From assembly GCA_044892525.1 (NCBI GenBank), contig CM097885.1, forward strand, positions 15,874,001-15,938,000: DNA of 64,000 nucleotides, read 5' to 3'. Source of the stretch: Schmidtea polychroa. Taxonomy: Eukaryota. Positions 34,965-49,538 of the stretch are shown one piece after another. Position 1 is the stretch's first letter, and the number at the start of each line of letters is the position of its first letter. The translations under genes were made by a program, and so were the position numbers. The notes below the pieces were generated by a model that was not told the origin of the DNA, did not search any database, and saw nothing but the letters and a program-made list of their open reading frames with translations.

Positions 34965-35904
34965 AAATTGATTTATTTTGGCTTTTGATTTGTTTTATTG
35001 TTTGCATTTTTTATTATATTTATTATATGAGATAATTATTGTGGTAATTATTGTCATTCTCGCCTTCCATCCGATATCATCATCACTTGGCGGAGCGCTC
35101 ACAGCAAATTGCCAATTGCAATATCAACATCAATTATATAATTAAATAAAAGCAATTTAATTAAATCAAAACATTTAATATAAATTTGAATAATTATTAT
35201 AATTAAATTAATAATTAATTTGAAAGAAATGAAATTAAAATTCACCCGAATATAAGCGCTGACAAATCGCCTCAACAAATCAAACGCTCCTATGACGAGT
35301 GGAACTGACGAAAAAACCGCCGCTGATGTTATATGAGTTTTGGATAAATTATTGCTGTACTGAATGGCAGTAAAATGCACCTAAATGCAATACTAACACC
35401 GCGTTATATCAAATTGAATTCTTTGAATTTTACTTATTAACAAACAACGAAATTTATCTTGAAATCTTGAAATTATAAAAAAGGGGATCATTTAGGAAAT
35501 TTATAAATGAGGTTTTAAAGTGAAGTTGAGTCCAATACCTAATCTACATCAATACCTTGTGGTGATAAGTGACGGTTATGGAGTTTAAGGCGGGGGGGTT
35601 ATTTATAAAATTTATAAATTATAATCTTAAATTAAACGTAAGTTGAGCATACATAATAAAGTAATTTACATTAGCGAATTTGGTACTTGATTGATGGTCA
35701 TATTACTTGAGGGGCATAAATGAAATTATAATTTTAAAATTCAAAATTTTAATTAGACATTTCTAAGAAAACAATTTACATTAATACATTTAGGATGAGA
35801 TTAGTAGCAGTGGCACTTTAAGAGGTCAAAAATAAAATTTGTAAATTAATATTTTAATTCTCAAATACAAGATGAATAAATATATAGATAATCTATATTA
35901 GGGA

Positions 35905-36805
35905 AATTCTTAATAAGTAGATGACTCTTAGCAATACACAAAGCAATCAAACACTTCCAACATTTATTCGAAGGACGAAACTTAAAAATATTCACAGATC
36001 ACAAACCGCTAACTAACGCAATCATAATAAAGAACCCCTCACCAAGTCAAATTAGACAATTCAACTTCATTTTACAATTTAACTGCACAATAAACTACGT
36101 AGCGGGAAAATAAACATAGCAGCTGACGCTCTATCAAGAAACGAAAGTGACATAAACTCCCTGGAATTCGAAAACATAATCAAATTGGATCAAATTAAAT
36201 CCAAACAAAACGAAACAATTAACAAACTTCCCACTAAACACAGTTTGAAACTACAAGAACTCAACGGAGTATGGCACGACGTCTCCAACAAAAGCAACAA
36301 ACGAATATTACTTCAGGAGGAATTCCGTGAAAACTGCATCGAAAAGATACACAAGATTAATCACTCTGGAAACAAAGTAACATTCGAACTAATAAACAAC
36401 AATTATATATGGCCTAAAATGCGGAAAGACATCAAAAACTACGTCAAGAGAGTTCACAGCTGCCAGTTAAATAAAACAACAAAAAACTCAAACCTCTAAA
36501 AGTAAACTTCCCAAGCAGCGAAGTCTTCTAAACAATACACACAGATATTGTAGGACCACTACCACCAAAAGACAACTACAAATACCTGTTGACAATTATA
36601 GACAGCAAATCCAACTGGTTCGAAGTAATCCCAATAGAAGAAATCACCGCAAAAAATATATGTGAAATGATCGAATTAAATTGAATAGCTTGTTATGGCC
36701 AACCGAAAACATTCATAACCGATCAAGACAGACAGTTCGAATCAGAAATGTTCAAAATACTCTGCAACAAATACAACATCAAAAAGAACCGAACAACAGC
36801 TTTCT
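35905..36805 (+). mobile_element. Degenerate Ty3/Gypsy RNase H-integrase fragment
   Basis: LLAIHKAIKHF..IFTDHKPL, YIWPKMRKDI, IHTDIVGPLP, FITDQ; several stops and frameshifts. Confidence 0.85.
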
Positions 36806-37649
36806 TTGCAGTATTGGGCCAGAACGACTGGAAAACCTTTAATTCCCTTGTATATCTCCTCAACTGACTTCTATATATCCAAAACTTCGTAACCTAGAAT
36901 ATCTTTTTTTCTAACTACAATAATAACTAAAAAAAGGAAAATTACAACACATTTATAACGAACATTCATTTAATTTTTGATGTTGCACAAGTCTAATAAG
37001 AATCCATAGAGTTACAGAATTACATCAAGTCTGAAATTTGAGTCGTCTAAATCAGCATTAAAGAAAATATAAGGCTGCTGGGCCAGTGTGATGGTGGATT
37101 GGGTTGTACTTGTTGAAGGCATTGGAGGGATTAATTGGAGAATTAATAGCGGCTAACTCGGCTAGCCATCGGGCATTTGCCCGCTGTCGGCGCAGTCTGT
37201 GGGTCTCTGCGTATTGATTTCAATTTGCCGGAGATGGAGTCGCTATTGGTACTGGTACTACGGAAACTGGTTGGGGCGTTGGAACTTGAGTTGTTTAAAC
37301 AGGTTCTACTACACCACTGCTGGGAGGTAAGTGATGACTGAAGATCACATCTAAGTTCATTAAGGCCGCTCCTTGTGTGATTCGAGCTTCCAATTATTTT
37401 GCCGTGTACATCTTGGGCAACGGCTCATGTTTTTTTCTAATTACTAACCGTTGCGCCAGACTTTCCGTTACAATTTCCTGTCTAGTCCAGTCTAAGTGAA
37501 AGATGCGCTGATGTAATGTATGGGCCTTATCTGGTGAGAGCCAAGTTGCCTCAAACTGATTTAGTCCTTTTGGTTTTCTTCTCGGTTGCTTCCTTAATTT
37601 CTGGATTTATTCTGTCAAATGTACCTCTCTGGGTGAAAGAGTTTTATTA

Positions 37650-38170
37650 GCCTAAGTTGGAAGCTTTTGCCATTTAAAGATGGGAAATTTAACTGATGAA
37701 AGTTATACGCTTCACACATTTCAAAGAGGAATTTGAAGTCATCACTCCAACCAGGGTTTTCACTCGGTGTGAGTGTCTCTTCTCTTCTATATTATCGCTC
37801 AAGAATTTCATATTCGCTGGAAACGGATTAAATAAAACTATAGTTCATATTGGGCTTGACCGAACGTGTCGGGACACAATAATCAAGCAAATGGCGAATA
37901 ATCAGGTCAAGTACATGGCTTTGGCAACCGATAAACTGTGGTTTTTCTAATATTTTCCTTTCGAACTCTCTTTGAATTCGAATTACACTCCATTTGTTAA
38001 CAGATGTCGTGTCACACGATCATTTGAATATTTTTCCAAGCATCAAACTTGTCTAACAAATTCGTCATTGAATCAAAAATAACGTCTGCTGAGCCACTTT
38101 GGCAAATGAGAATTCCCAGGTTCAAATAGCGATAATTTAGACCTGACGCTTTCGTTTCGTTGCTGTTGAT
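37650..38170 (-). mobile_element. hAT-related (hATm-like) transposase relic, interrupted by the Gypsy element
   Basis: The minus strand gives DTTSVN, PQFIGCQSHVLD (CxxH) and PGWSDDFKFL with stops. Confidence 0.5.
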
Positions 38171-38175
38171 ATAAG

Positions 38176-39843
38176 TGTAGCCATCCAAATATTAAAATAT
38201 AAAATGTTTTAATATTAGGATAGTTTGTTTAAATATTCAAACATTGTTATTAAAATATAATTTGAAATGTCAGCGTAACCATGAACGGTGCGATGGAAGC
38301 CTTCAACCAATATCATTTTTCTCAAGGAAACTCAGCTCAACAGAACAAAAATATTCAACATTTGACAGAGAGCTGCTTGCAGTTTACCTGTCCGTTAAAA
38401 ATTTTAAGCACTACCTGGAATCAAACGAATTCTGTCTAAAAACTGATCATAAGCCGCTCATTCACATGAGTTCGATGAAAAACCCTTCAAATCGTCAATG
38501 GCGATGGATCAACTACATTTACCAGTTTAACTTCAACATTCATCACACAAGAGGTCAAGACAATCAAGTTGCTGACTTTCTATCGCGACAAAGGGAGACA
38601 GAACCTCAAGAAGCCATAGTTAATAATATCAAGCTAACAGAATTAATTATCCAACAAAAAGACGAATCCTTTATTAAATCACTGAAATCAACGACTTTGA
38701 AGTTACAGGAAACTGAAAATGGCGTTCTTGTTGATGTCAACAACAACATCGTCAGGATAATTCTACCCGAAGTCTTTAGACGGCTAGAATTCAACCGTCT
38801 ACATAACAGGCGCCACCCTGGGGCAAATGCGACGATCAAAATGATTAAACAGAAATATGTTTGGCCAAAAATGAGAAGTCAGATACGTAAATGGTGTAAA
38901 GAATGCGAATCATGCCAAAAGAACAAGATAAATAGACATACTAAATCAAAACTAGGACAACTACCAGACAGAGGTAAATTTAAAATAATTCATATTGACA
39001 TAGTAGGTCCATTGCCCTCAGTCAACAACAAAAGGTTTCTTTTGACAATCATTGACAGATTCTCCTCATGGCCGGAAGCTTTTGCAATAAATGAAATAAA
39101 CAGCTCAAGCATAGTTAATATACTCGAAAAAGAATGGATTCCTCGATATGGAGCGCCAGAAATTGTCATTACTGACAATGGCAGACAATTTGTCTCATCA
39201 ACTTTCAAGGAGCTGTGCTCAAAATATGCCATCGAACATCGACATACAACTGCATACCATCCTCAGTGTAATGGCAAAGTCGAAAGATGGCACAGAACAT
39301 TAAAAGCAGCTCTTCGAACACATTCCGACAATGCCAATAGAAGTTGGGCTAACGACATACCGGCAGTTATGCTTGGCTTAAGAAACGTCACATCAGAAGA
39401 AACCGGTCTATCACCAATGCAAGCGGTTTTTGGAACCGATTCCAGAATGCCAGGTGACATCGTACTAAAAAAATTGAAGAAACGCAAATGCAACGAAAGG
39501 TCATACTTTCCGAAAGAATTAAAAACATGCAGTCACGTATGGATGGTCAAAGAATCAAGGTCTTCCCTTCAACCAATATATGAAGGACGCTTCAAGGTCA
39601 TTAGTCGCAGTGAAGATTTCAAAACATATCAAATTGAACAAAATTCAAAGATAGTCAGAGTCTCAGTTGACAGACTAAAAGCCGCATTTTCAAGTTAAGA
39701 TACTCCATAATCTACGTTGGGGGTTTATGTAGCCATCCAAATATTAAAATATAAAATGTTTTAATATTAGGATAGTTTGTTTAAATATTCAAACATTGTT
39801 ATTAAAATATAATTTGAAATGTCAGCGTGTTCTTCTCCCAACA
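38176..39843 (+). mobile_element. Internally deleted Ty3/Gypsy LTR retrotransposon
   Basis: 3' LTR 39728-39843 (TG..CA) after a G-rich tract; 5' LTR 38176-38276 identical but truncated; 5-bp TSD ATAAG at 38171-38175 and 39844-39848. Confidence 0.9.
38244..39698 (+). CDS. Gypsy pol remnant: RNase H + integrase, frame intact
   Basis: FFSRKL..YSTFDRELLA, TDHKPL, HHCC, HIDIVGP, TDNGRQF, NGKVERWHRTLK. No gag, protease or RT. Confidence 0.88.
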   Translation: MLLKYNLKCQRNHERCDGSLQPISFFSRKLSSTEQKYSTFDRELLAVYLSVKNFKHYLESNEFCLKTDHKPLIHMSSMKNPSNRQWRWINYIYQFNFNIHHTRGQDNQVADFLSRQRETEPQEAIVNNIKLTELIIQQKDESFIKSLKSTTLKLQETENGVLVDVNNNIVRIILPEVFRRLEFNRLHNRRHPGANATIKMIKQKYVWPKMRSQIRKWCKECESCQKNKINRHTKSKLGQLPDRGKFKIIHIDIVGPLPSVNNKRFLLTIIDRFSSWPEAFAINEINSSSIVNILEKEWIPRYGAPEIVITDNGRQFVSSTFKELCSKYAIEHRHTTAYHPQCNGKVERWHRTLKAALRTHSDNANRSWANDIPAVMLGLRNVTSEETGLSPMQAVFGTDSRMPGDIVLKKLKKRKCNERSYFPKELKTCSHVWMVKESRSSLQPIYEGRFKVISRSEDFKTYQIEQNSKIVRVSVDRLKAAFSS

Positions 39844-40895
39844 ATAAGTTTAAATGAACTCCCAATTTTGGAAGTTTTTGATAAAGTAATGAGAATGGAA
39901 TTGAAAGAGCGAGAAAATAAACATTATTTAAACAACATTCTATAATATAGGATTCCTATATATGACACAATTAGCTCTTTTCAGCTGAAATCAGAACTTT
40001 ATTTTTAAACGTTATTAATCAGATAAATTAAGAATTATCACATTATTGTTACTCTGTTTCCATTATAGAATTGGAGGCATAGAATGGTAAACAACGACAA
40101 TCTGGTAGGACTGTTTCTTAAATGTAACATTTAGCTTGGAAATTAGGGTTTTTAAATAGGAATATTAACTAGAAAATCTAAAAAAACACCTAGATCACAC
40201 TTTGCCATATAATTTTTAGATCCTTATGAGAGCGCCACGGTTTTTCAAAATTTAATAACCCCGACAGCAAAAATGCGATTTACAAAAAAATGTTTGCTTT
40301 ACAGGCAAGCATTGCTATTTTATATACGACTCTATTTAATGATGAGAGCAATTATCTCAACATATCACAATTATAATAGCGATATAGATGTTATTAATAT
40401 AATAAAGATATAAATGGCAGAGATCAATTATGATATAAATCGGAACCACAGCCACAATAGAACGACTAAATAACACTGATCGTAATCATACAAAGATGAT
40501 AGTCATGAAAGTGGGAATAATCATAATAGTACTGGTAGGTTTCAGGTAAACTATATTTTACACTCTAGTATTGTAGTAGGAACCCAAAAAGCTTTACGTG
40601 AAACTTTGGCAATAAACCGGATAGGAATAAGTCAGAGAATCGGTAACTCCTCCATATTAATTATTTAATTCCTGTAAAGTACATTGATTTCATAAACATA
40701 ACAGCCTGTTTCATGTAACTCGTGCGACTGTCAAGCAAACATTAATAAAATCTAAAACCAACAAAAATCAAAAAATACAGAAGAAACGTTTATTTACAAA
40801 TTGTAAGCTTAAATAATCGTTTAAAATATACGCGGCATTTGTACAGATCCAATCGCATCATCCAATAGAATTGTGTATCACCGACACAAAATGTG

Positions 40896-40943
<48 letters not shown>

Positions 40944-41349
40944 TATAGAAAGGGCAATAAAAACAGTACAAATCAAAAATATTAAAATTCTATTTAGTTC
41001 AATTAAAAATGTATATAATTATTAATAATAATGATAATATCATGGTAACCAGGGAGGAGCATAGATACATATATATGTACACGTACCGCTGCTAGATGAT
41101 GGTGTAAATATATCCCAGTGCTAAAAGGCGCTGCTGTCCATACCAGTGATGGGTGATACCGATGTGTTGCTATTACCGTTGCTAATCATCATCATCATCA
41201 TAATAATATTAATAGTTATTACAAGCACAGATCATTACAACCATATATACATATACATCACAGGCCAAATGGCTTCAATAAATCCACACAAACACATATC
41301 ATATTATATTATATATTATATATCATATCATTCTCTCTGGCAGCCCCTC

Positions 41350-41455
41350 ATCTGAATTTCGCTTCGATGACAACCATTTTCTTTTTAGATCTGGACTTAC
41401 CAGATTTAGTTTTTGAATTGTTGACAGCTGGTGGTGGAGTAGTTTTTTCAATGTC

Positions 41456-41493
<38 letters not shown>

Positions 41494-44400
41494 TAAAAAA
41501 AATTAATTAATTTTATAATAAAATAATAATTAATTAAATAATAAATAAAATATAAGAAAAATAAATAATAATAATAATAATAATATTTAAAATAATAAAT
41601 AGTAATAATTAATAAAATATTATTAAATAAAAATAATTATGAGCGATTATTAATTAATGTAAAATATATTAAAAGTAATTAATTAATTTTAATAAAATTA
41701 TAAAAATTTAAATAATAAAATTTTAATAGTAGAGTAATAATAAAATCGAATTTTTATTATTAAAAAAAATATTAACAAAATTTAAATAATAGAATATAAT
41801 TGATATTATTCAGTCTTAATAAAAATAAATAAATAATATTTAAAATAATATTTACAAAAAAATTAATATTAATAATTAATAAAATATAATTAAAATTTTA
41901 ATTTAAAAATAATATATAAAAATAATAAAAAATTAATAATAAAATAAAAAATATTAATAAAAATACATAAAAACTAATAATATTTAAAATAATTAAAAAA
42001 AATATTAATAAAATGTGATTAAATAAAAACAATTGTTTAAGAAAATTAAATAATAGTAAGATATTGGAATTGAAAATTTTCAGTCTTAATAATAGTAATT
42101 AATTGAAAAAAATATATATTAAAAATAATTAATTAAAAATATTACGAACAAAAATTAAATGATAATGGAATTTTTAGTCTTAATAATAATATATTTTAAT
42201 AATAATTAATTAAATAATGAAATGAATAAAGTAATAATGAAATCTATTTTTTCCAGTCTTAATAATAATAATTAATAATAAATAAAATATAATAAAAATT
42301 AAAAATAATATATAAAAATAATCAAATAATAAAAAATATTATTAAAAAATAAATATTAACAAAAATTTAATAATTAGATGAAGTTGATAAATAAAAATAC
42401 ATAAAAACTAATAATATTTAAAATAATACTTACAAAAAAATTAACAAAAATAAAATAATAAAATGTCATAGAAATTAATAATTAATAAATACAAATAATA
42501 ATAAAATATATGATTAAATAAAAATGATATAATAGTGAAAATCGATAGCTAACCTGCCAAGTGTCCGCTGCTTGATAGTCAGAAAGCTCCTGGCGTTTAG
42601 CGATAAATTCCAATACAAAATTGCAGGTGAACTTAGAATCGCCCAGCAACTGGATAGCCATTTCCATAACCTAGAGAAGGAAATCCAAAATCAAATCGAA
42701 TCGCAACCCCTCGACACCCATTACCTCCTCATTTGGCACCTCCTTTAACAACTCGATCACAGTATTTAATTCGAACTCTTCGGAGAATTTAGCGAGCCTT
42801 TTCAAGCACCATTTAGTCAGCTGATCCACTGATCCGATTTCTTGCTTATAATTAGACGCAACTGGCGCTTGATGTTGTCGCTGCTGCTGTCTATGAACCG
42901 GATTGATCGATGGCTATTTCATATTACAATTCCATTCCCCATAAATATATAACCATTTTACTTCGTTTATTTTGTGGTTCTGTGGTTTAGAATTGCACTC
43001 GGCCGTTACCACCGCGGCTGGCACCACCACCTTATTATGTACAGGAACATCGCTGGGAATCATATCCCAGATCGATTTGCCAACTGGGATCTGTGCGGGT
43101 TTGGGTGTCTGCTTCAGCAATGACTCCTTGAATGACTACAAGAACAGAAATCATCATCTTCTTGTAATTTTATTCAATTCCAATTCATTACTGTCACTTT
43201 ATTCGTTTCTATTTGATTAACTTTCATTGCTTTTTCTATTTCTTTAGTTTTCTTGGCTTTCAATGCTTCTTCGGCTTGGATTTCTACAAGTGATTTGGCT
43301 GCAGGAGAAACATTTTGAGACAAAGTTTGTCCTGATTTCCAAGTGGAAGGAGTTTCAGTTTTATTTTGACTGGTCTTTAAATTATTCCATTATAAAGATT
43401 TGTATTATAATTACAGAGTAATTATTGGATTAATGAATAATTATTGAATTAATGAATAATTATTGGATTAATGAATAATTATCGGATTAATGAATTATTA
43501 TTGGATTAATGAATTAATATATGATTAATGAATAATTATTGGATTAATGAATTATTATTGGATTATTGATTTATTATTGGATTAATGAATAATTATTGGA
43601 TTAATGAATTATTATTGGATTAATGAATAATTATTGGATTAATGAATAATTATTGGATTAATGAATTATTATTGGATTAATTAATAATTATTGGATTAAT
43701 GAATAATTATTGGATTAATGAATTATTATTGGATTAATTAATAATTATTGGATTAATGAATTATTATTGGATTAATGAATTATTATTGGATTAATGAATT
43801 ATTATTGGATTAATGAATTATTATTGGATTAATGAATTATTATTGGATTAATGAATTATTATTGGATTAATGAATTAATATATGATTAATGGATAATAAT
43901 TGGATTAATGAATTATTATTGGATTAATGAATAATTATTGGATTAATGAATAATTATTGGATTAATGAATTATTATTGGATTAATTAATAATTATTGGAT
44001 TAATGAATAATTATTGGATTAATGAATTATTATTGGATTAATGAATAATTATTGGAATAATGAATTATTATTGGATTAATGAATTATTGAATTAATATTG
44101 GATTATTATTGCATTAATAAATTATTAGTGTTATTTTTAGATTATTTAATTATTAGTGTTATTATTGGATTATTGAGCTATTAATGGATTAAAGTAATTA
44201 CTGTATAAAAAGTGCAAATTTAAAATCAATACAGAGAGAAAAATCCTGATATTGCCCATAATTTATTGAAACACGTGGAATTCAACATGCATTTAAATTC
44301 CCGACCAATCACATGGAATCACGCGAGAATAACAATAATTTTTGCCCAAAATTTAAATAATATGAAAAAAATAAAATCAATTACTTCATTTGATAATTCT

Positions 44401-47400
44401 AATTTTTTTAAAACTTCATGTTGCTCTTTTGCTATTTTTTCTTTCAAAGTTTCTTCAGCCTGGATTTGCAGCAAAGATTTTGTTGCAATTACCGGAGGTT
44501 TAATCAAAGCTGGCATGTCATTTTTTATAGATTTTTCCTTTTCAGTAAATAACTTAATAAATATAAATTCAATTGAAATTGGTTCCTAGTTGGTAAATAA
44601 CAAGATTACTGGAATTTTGTTTGATTCAGACAAATTTGTTGATTTTGATTGCTTGTTTTTTCTATTACCTACTTCTACTATTTTCGGTTTTACTGTTCCA
44701 TCAACTTTTACTTTTAACTGAGATTCCTTTAGAGTTGGTAATTGTTCTTTTATTGATTTATCGGAATCTTTCATAACAACAGAACTGTCAGACAATTTAT
44801 TTTCTGTGCCCATTTGATTGGGTGATTTTTGAGCCTGAGGAGCAGCATTCCAAATTGACTTTACCTGTTCTACTTTGCAAGTTTCTTTTGGCGAAGTATT
44901 TCGTACAACCTATTGGAGAAAATGAAAATAATTGAAGAAAAACTATAACTTAATCAATATCTGCCAGTCTATTATAATCAATATTTTACGTATTTTAACT
45001 GTTTAATCAATATTTCAATATAACGATAATGCCGAGTAATGGATAAATATTGAAACATAAATTCCAACATAAATATCGATCTACACAATTCTAATATCAG
45101 ATATTGTGCAGATCAGACTTGAATATATATATTTTGATCAGATTTGAAAGTAACTGTGATATAGGAAATAATATAAATCAATAATTACATTGGCTAAAAT
45201 TTAGTTTTGATAAATATGATAAATACTCGACAAAGATTACATTTAAATGGGATTGGTAACTGAAGTACGAGAAAGCAAATATAGAAATTTTAATTTACTG
45301 GTCATTAACACAACACCAAAAAAGATTGCCAAATTCAGATTAAAAATTATTGTGTTGAATAGCGAAAAATAGCGATTTAATTTTGATCAATAGACGTGAT
45401 GAAAATAAATGAAATGTTAAAATAAAACAAAAGACAGACTTAAGATTAAATATAATTGTAATAGCACCTGGACACGGATTTATCTTCAAAATAAAAACGA
45501 CAACAAGGCAAAAAGTATTTGTTCCAAAGAGAAAATAGTATCCAATTAAAAAATTATCCTTCCAATGCCTATTTTTGGTACAATTAATCTTTTTTGTGTT
45601 TTCAATTTCAATTATTTTAAAATTTCAATTATTTTCAATGAATTTTATTTAGCAATAAATGAAATTTTGATCTATAATCGTAATCAAAATAAATGAAATG
45701 TTAAAAAAATAAAAACAGAAAAGGATTTTATAGATAATATCAATAAAATAATATTTTTTAAAAAATTAAAGATAAATATGATAAATTGAAAAACCATAAG
45801 AAAATAATTGAAATTGCCTCAAATTAATAAATTATCCTTCCAATGCCTATTTTTGGTACAATGAATCTTTTTTTGTATATAATAAATTATTGGGTAATTT
45901 ATTAATAAAAAAATTGATTTATTTTAAATATAAATCAATTTTAATTATTTTAAAATTTCATTTATTTTCATTACAACGTCAGATCAAAAATTATTGTTGA
46001 ATAGCAATAAATGAAATTTTGATCTATAATCGTAATCAAAATAAGTGAAATGTTAAAAAAATAAAAACAGAGAAAAGGTGAACAGAGTAAAGGATTTTAT
46101 GGATAATAAGAACTTTTTTTTTTCAAATTTCACCACTAATTTATTTTCCATTATATTTATAAAAAGAAGAGCTTGAAGAATATGAATCAGTAAATTTATC
46201 AAAAACATCGATATATTTTCAGGCTTTTTAATAAATATTTTATATAGGGAATGGAATAATGGGGGCATTTCAATTGTAACAATCTATATCAACACCTGGT
46301 ATTCTGAGATAATCATTGATGTATATTGTTCCTCTCCTCTTACTTGATTGGTTTCAGTGATTACATAGAAGGGAATATGCATACTTTTTAGGATTTTAGT
46401 ATATTTAGTTATTTCAACAATCAAAAAGTTAATTAAATTCATTTTATGATATTGTTAGAAATTGTTATATAAGTAATAAAGTAAGGGCAAACTATGGAAT
46501 ATATAATATAAATCATTAATTTTATTGTGTTAGTATAATTTCTTATTGGAGTCAGTATAAAATTCCTACCGTTGGTTGAATTTCCGGCTCATTGGATTTC
46601 TTTTCTTTTTTCATTTTAATACTTTCTTCCGCCTGTATTTGGATAAATGATGTGGAAATTGCGGTTGGAGTGGTTTTCACTGGACCCCATATTGATGGTG
46701 AATCAGATTTTCGATTTTCCAATTCAATTCTTATTGGTCTAACCTGAACAAACTTAATTTCAATAATGACTTAGAGAAAATGAATTCTGGTTTTATGTAA
46801 CACCTGTGATCGATTAATTAATAGTTCTGACCCTGGAAATAATAGTCACTTTTCAATGCAATCGATGTCCTATCTGACACTTAATTTTATAAATGATTTT
46901 TATTAAATCAATCATTATAAAAAAGTTATAAGAAAAAATAATATATTGTGATCAGTTATAACTCCTCAAGCTCATTTAATAATCATTTAAAATTTAAGCA
47001 GTTACTGTCTTAAATTTTAGGTTTAAAAATGCAATTGATACAAGTAAAATTCAATTTATGCCATCAATATTATCAAAATTTATGAAATTCCTACATTATC
47101 AGTTCAATAATTATTGATTTAATTGTGAAAATATTGACAAATTATTAAATTTTTGAAATTCTACATGCTTTTCATATTTGAGGTTCTTCATTTCCTTCAA
47201 ATGGTAAAATTTTTGCTAAAATCCTTTTTTTGATTTATTTTCTTAGTACGTAATTTTTAAATTTCTACCTCAAATACAAATTAATATATATATATATATA
47301 TTGAGATTTGAGTTTCTTCATTTCCTTCTTTAAATCGATCAAATGGTAAATTGCTCAATCTTTTTGGTAAAATCCTTTTTATTGATTTATTTTATTAATA

Positions 47401-49160
47401 CTTAACCCTTTCGCACCGACTTTCCGCTAATGACACTATGCTAAATTTATATATTGGAACTTGTTAATATTGACCTAAATATGAAATATTCTCATTTTTG
47501 TAATCGTGGCGCTTCTGAATATCCTAGAAAGTCCTGGGATAATAAGTCCCAATAGGCTTTTATGGACCATTCAAAATATCCCAGTAGGATCATGATGAAA
47601 GTTTCCGGGACGTATTGTCCCAATAGGGGCGAAAGGGTTAATATTTAAATCTCAAATTTATATATTGTTGTTATAAATCGCTTTCCGTGTTTAATAAAAT
47701 GGATTAAATTGAACTGCACTAGATTATAATTCTGCACAATTGTTTCCTGTAAACTGTTATTGATTTAATTTCCATTTGAATCATTTATAAAATCAATCAA
47801 TTTAGATCAAAATGTTTAATAAATTAATTTGAATGGAAAATTACAAACTGAAAAAAAATTTTTAAATTCAAAATTAAATCGATTCTTTATGAATTAATTT
47901 TACTATATAGAAGTTGTTCTGAGGTCAAACATCATCAGCAAAGACAGGGGTGGGGAACCTTTTTATTTCCATAGGCCACATTGAAATTTGTGGCCTCCAA
48001 ATGGGGCCGCAGTCAAAAAGTATTTTAACATTAATTAATTTCATTTTATATACAGTTAGTAATTAAAACAATGTTTATAATCAGTCTCCAGATTTGAATA
48101 ATGCAGTTGTATGAAATATTCTGGAATATGTTTTTTATTTCTGAATCGAAAAGTTGATGCAAATAAGTCATCATTTCACAAATAATCTTATTTATTCTTC
48201 TACAAACGTTTTGTATTTATGGATGTGAATAATTGACTTTTATATTTCGTTCTTTGTACTCGGTGGCATTCTTATACAGTACGATATATGCAGTCCAGTA
48301 GTTACAAGTATTTTCATTTGTAAATTCTCAAAATTCATGGTTCTTTTTGTAAATTAAGATTTATTTCGATAAGGCTCCGTGGGCCGCAGGTTCCAAACCC
48401 TTGATCCAAGATATCATTGATATAAAAAATGATTGATTTGTATGAAAAATTGATCAAATAATAAAAATAATTAATTTATATAAATATTGATCAATTATTT
48501 TATGTAAAAAATTTTATAAATTCATAATTTTTTAATTGATTAATAAATATTGATTCCAAGGAAAAATGTTAAAAATATTAAATTAAAAGAATATATAATA
48601 ATTGGATATTGATATTAATAGATATCAATGAATATCAATCGATATTATTGGATATTAATAGATATCAATGAATATCAATCGATATTATTGGATATTAATA
48701 GATATCAATGAATATCAATCGATATTAACAGATATTAATTGATATTAGGATAATAAACAATGTAATATCGAGAAATAAAAATCAAATTAAAACTAACTTT
48801 TGATATATTGTCATTTTCTTTTCCAGTTGCAGTTATCACTGAATCCCTTGGTATGATAAGTAACCTGCTGTCTGTTGGCTGTTCAGGTGGTTTTGCTTCA
48901 GGGATGGGAGTTATCTTCTTTTCCTCCTTTACAGTTCTACTGTATTAATCAATTTATATGGATTTTTACACGTTTTAGTATTAATACTTGTTTACTTAAG
49001 CTTTTGTTCTTTTGTTTTACTTTTGAATTTTGGCTTCTTTTGATGAGAACCATTTATTAGATTCATCTGTTACATTCAATATTTGTTCAATGTTAGATTC
49101 ATCGATTTCCCATTTATCAACAACTGGTTCCAACTTCGGTTCCAAGACAACTGGACTCCT
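41350..49160 (-). CDS. GIGYF-like multi-exon gene, 3' portion; boundaries approximate
   Basis: Exons with KSLLQIQAEE, KSLVEIQAEE and KWCLKRL..NTVIELLKEV..|VMEMAIQLLGDSKFTCNFVLEFIAKR resemble the GIGYF2 C-terminal domain. The GYF domain itself is not found. Confidence 0.5.
43421..44100. repeat. 19-bp minisatellite (TTATTGGATTAATGAAT(A/T)A), ~35 copies, intronic
   Basis: Directly visible tandem array without spacers. Confidence 0.93.
47406..47637. mobile_element. piggyBac-type MITE
   Basis: TTAA|CCCTTTCGC ... GCGAAAGGG|TTAA. Confidence 0.8.
47945..48403. mobile_element. hAT/Charlie-type MITE
   Basis: CAGGGGTGGGGAACCT ... AGGTTCCAAACCCTTG; imperfect 8-bp TSD (AGCAAAGA/ATCCAAGA). Confidence 0.65.
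48611..48740. repeat. 40-bp tandem repeat (~3 copies) built of 10-bp GATAT subunits
   Basis: Directly visible. Confidence 0.85.
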
Positions 49161-49165
49161 CAAAA

Positions 49166-49417
49166 AAAATAACAAGCAAAAACCATCAAATTTATACAAT
49201 TAAAAATACTAAAATAGCACTAACTAACGCAGATGACAAAAGGGTTTGGGTGGGGAAAAATACTAGTTTAGCATATGGGCATGTAAGATTAAGTCAATTA
49301 AATGTTGGAGAAGATGATGAAGAATTTGATGAAGAAGATGTTGGAGAAGATGTTGGAGAAGTTGTTGGTGAAGATGATATTGATATTGATGACATTATTT
49401 TATCTGACGAAGATTGA
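49166..49417 (+). pseudogene. C-terminal fragment of a second Polinton pPolB
   Basis: KITSKNHQIYTIKNTKIALTNADDKRVWVGKNTSLAYGH plus an acidic tail; aligns by eye with KSENHDIHLIESQKVSLSNYDDKR of the intact element. Confidence 0.75.
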
Positions 49418-49538
49418 TTTTATTAAATAAAATTTTATATCTTTACTTTGTTCTTTTTATGTGTTTGGTAAATTTTTATGTTTGTTATGTGTCTAGTTAT
49501 TTTTATGTGTTTAGTTAATTTTTAGGTGTTGCATAGTA

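Noticed and set aside
40571..40890. Solo LTR candidate (also ~7345-7485)
   Set aside because: TG..CA-like ends but no matching TSD and no second copy.
43421..44100. CRISPR-like array (also considered for 55665-57170)
   Set aside because: Head-to-tail repeats without unique spacers, no cas genes, eukaryotic context.
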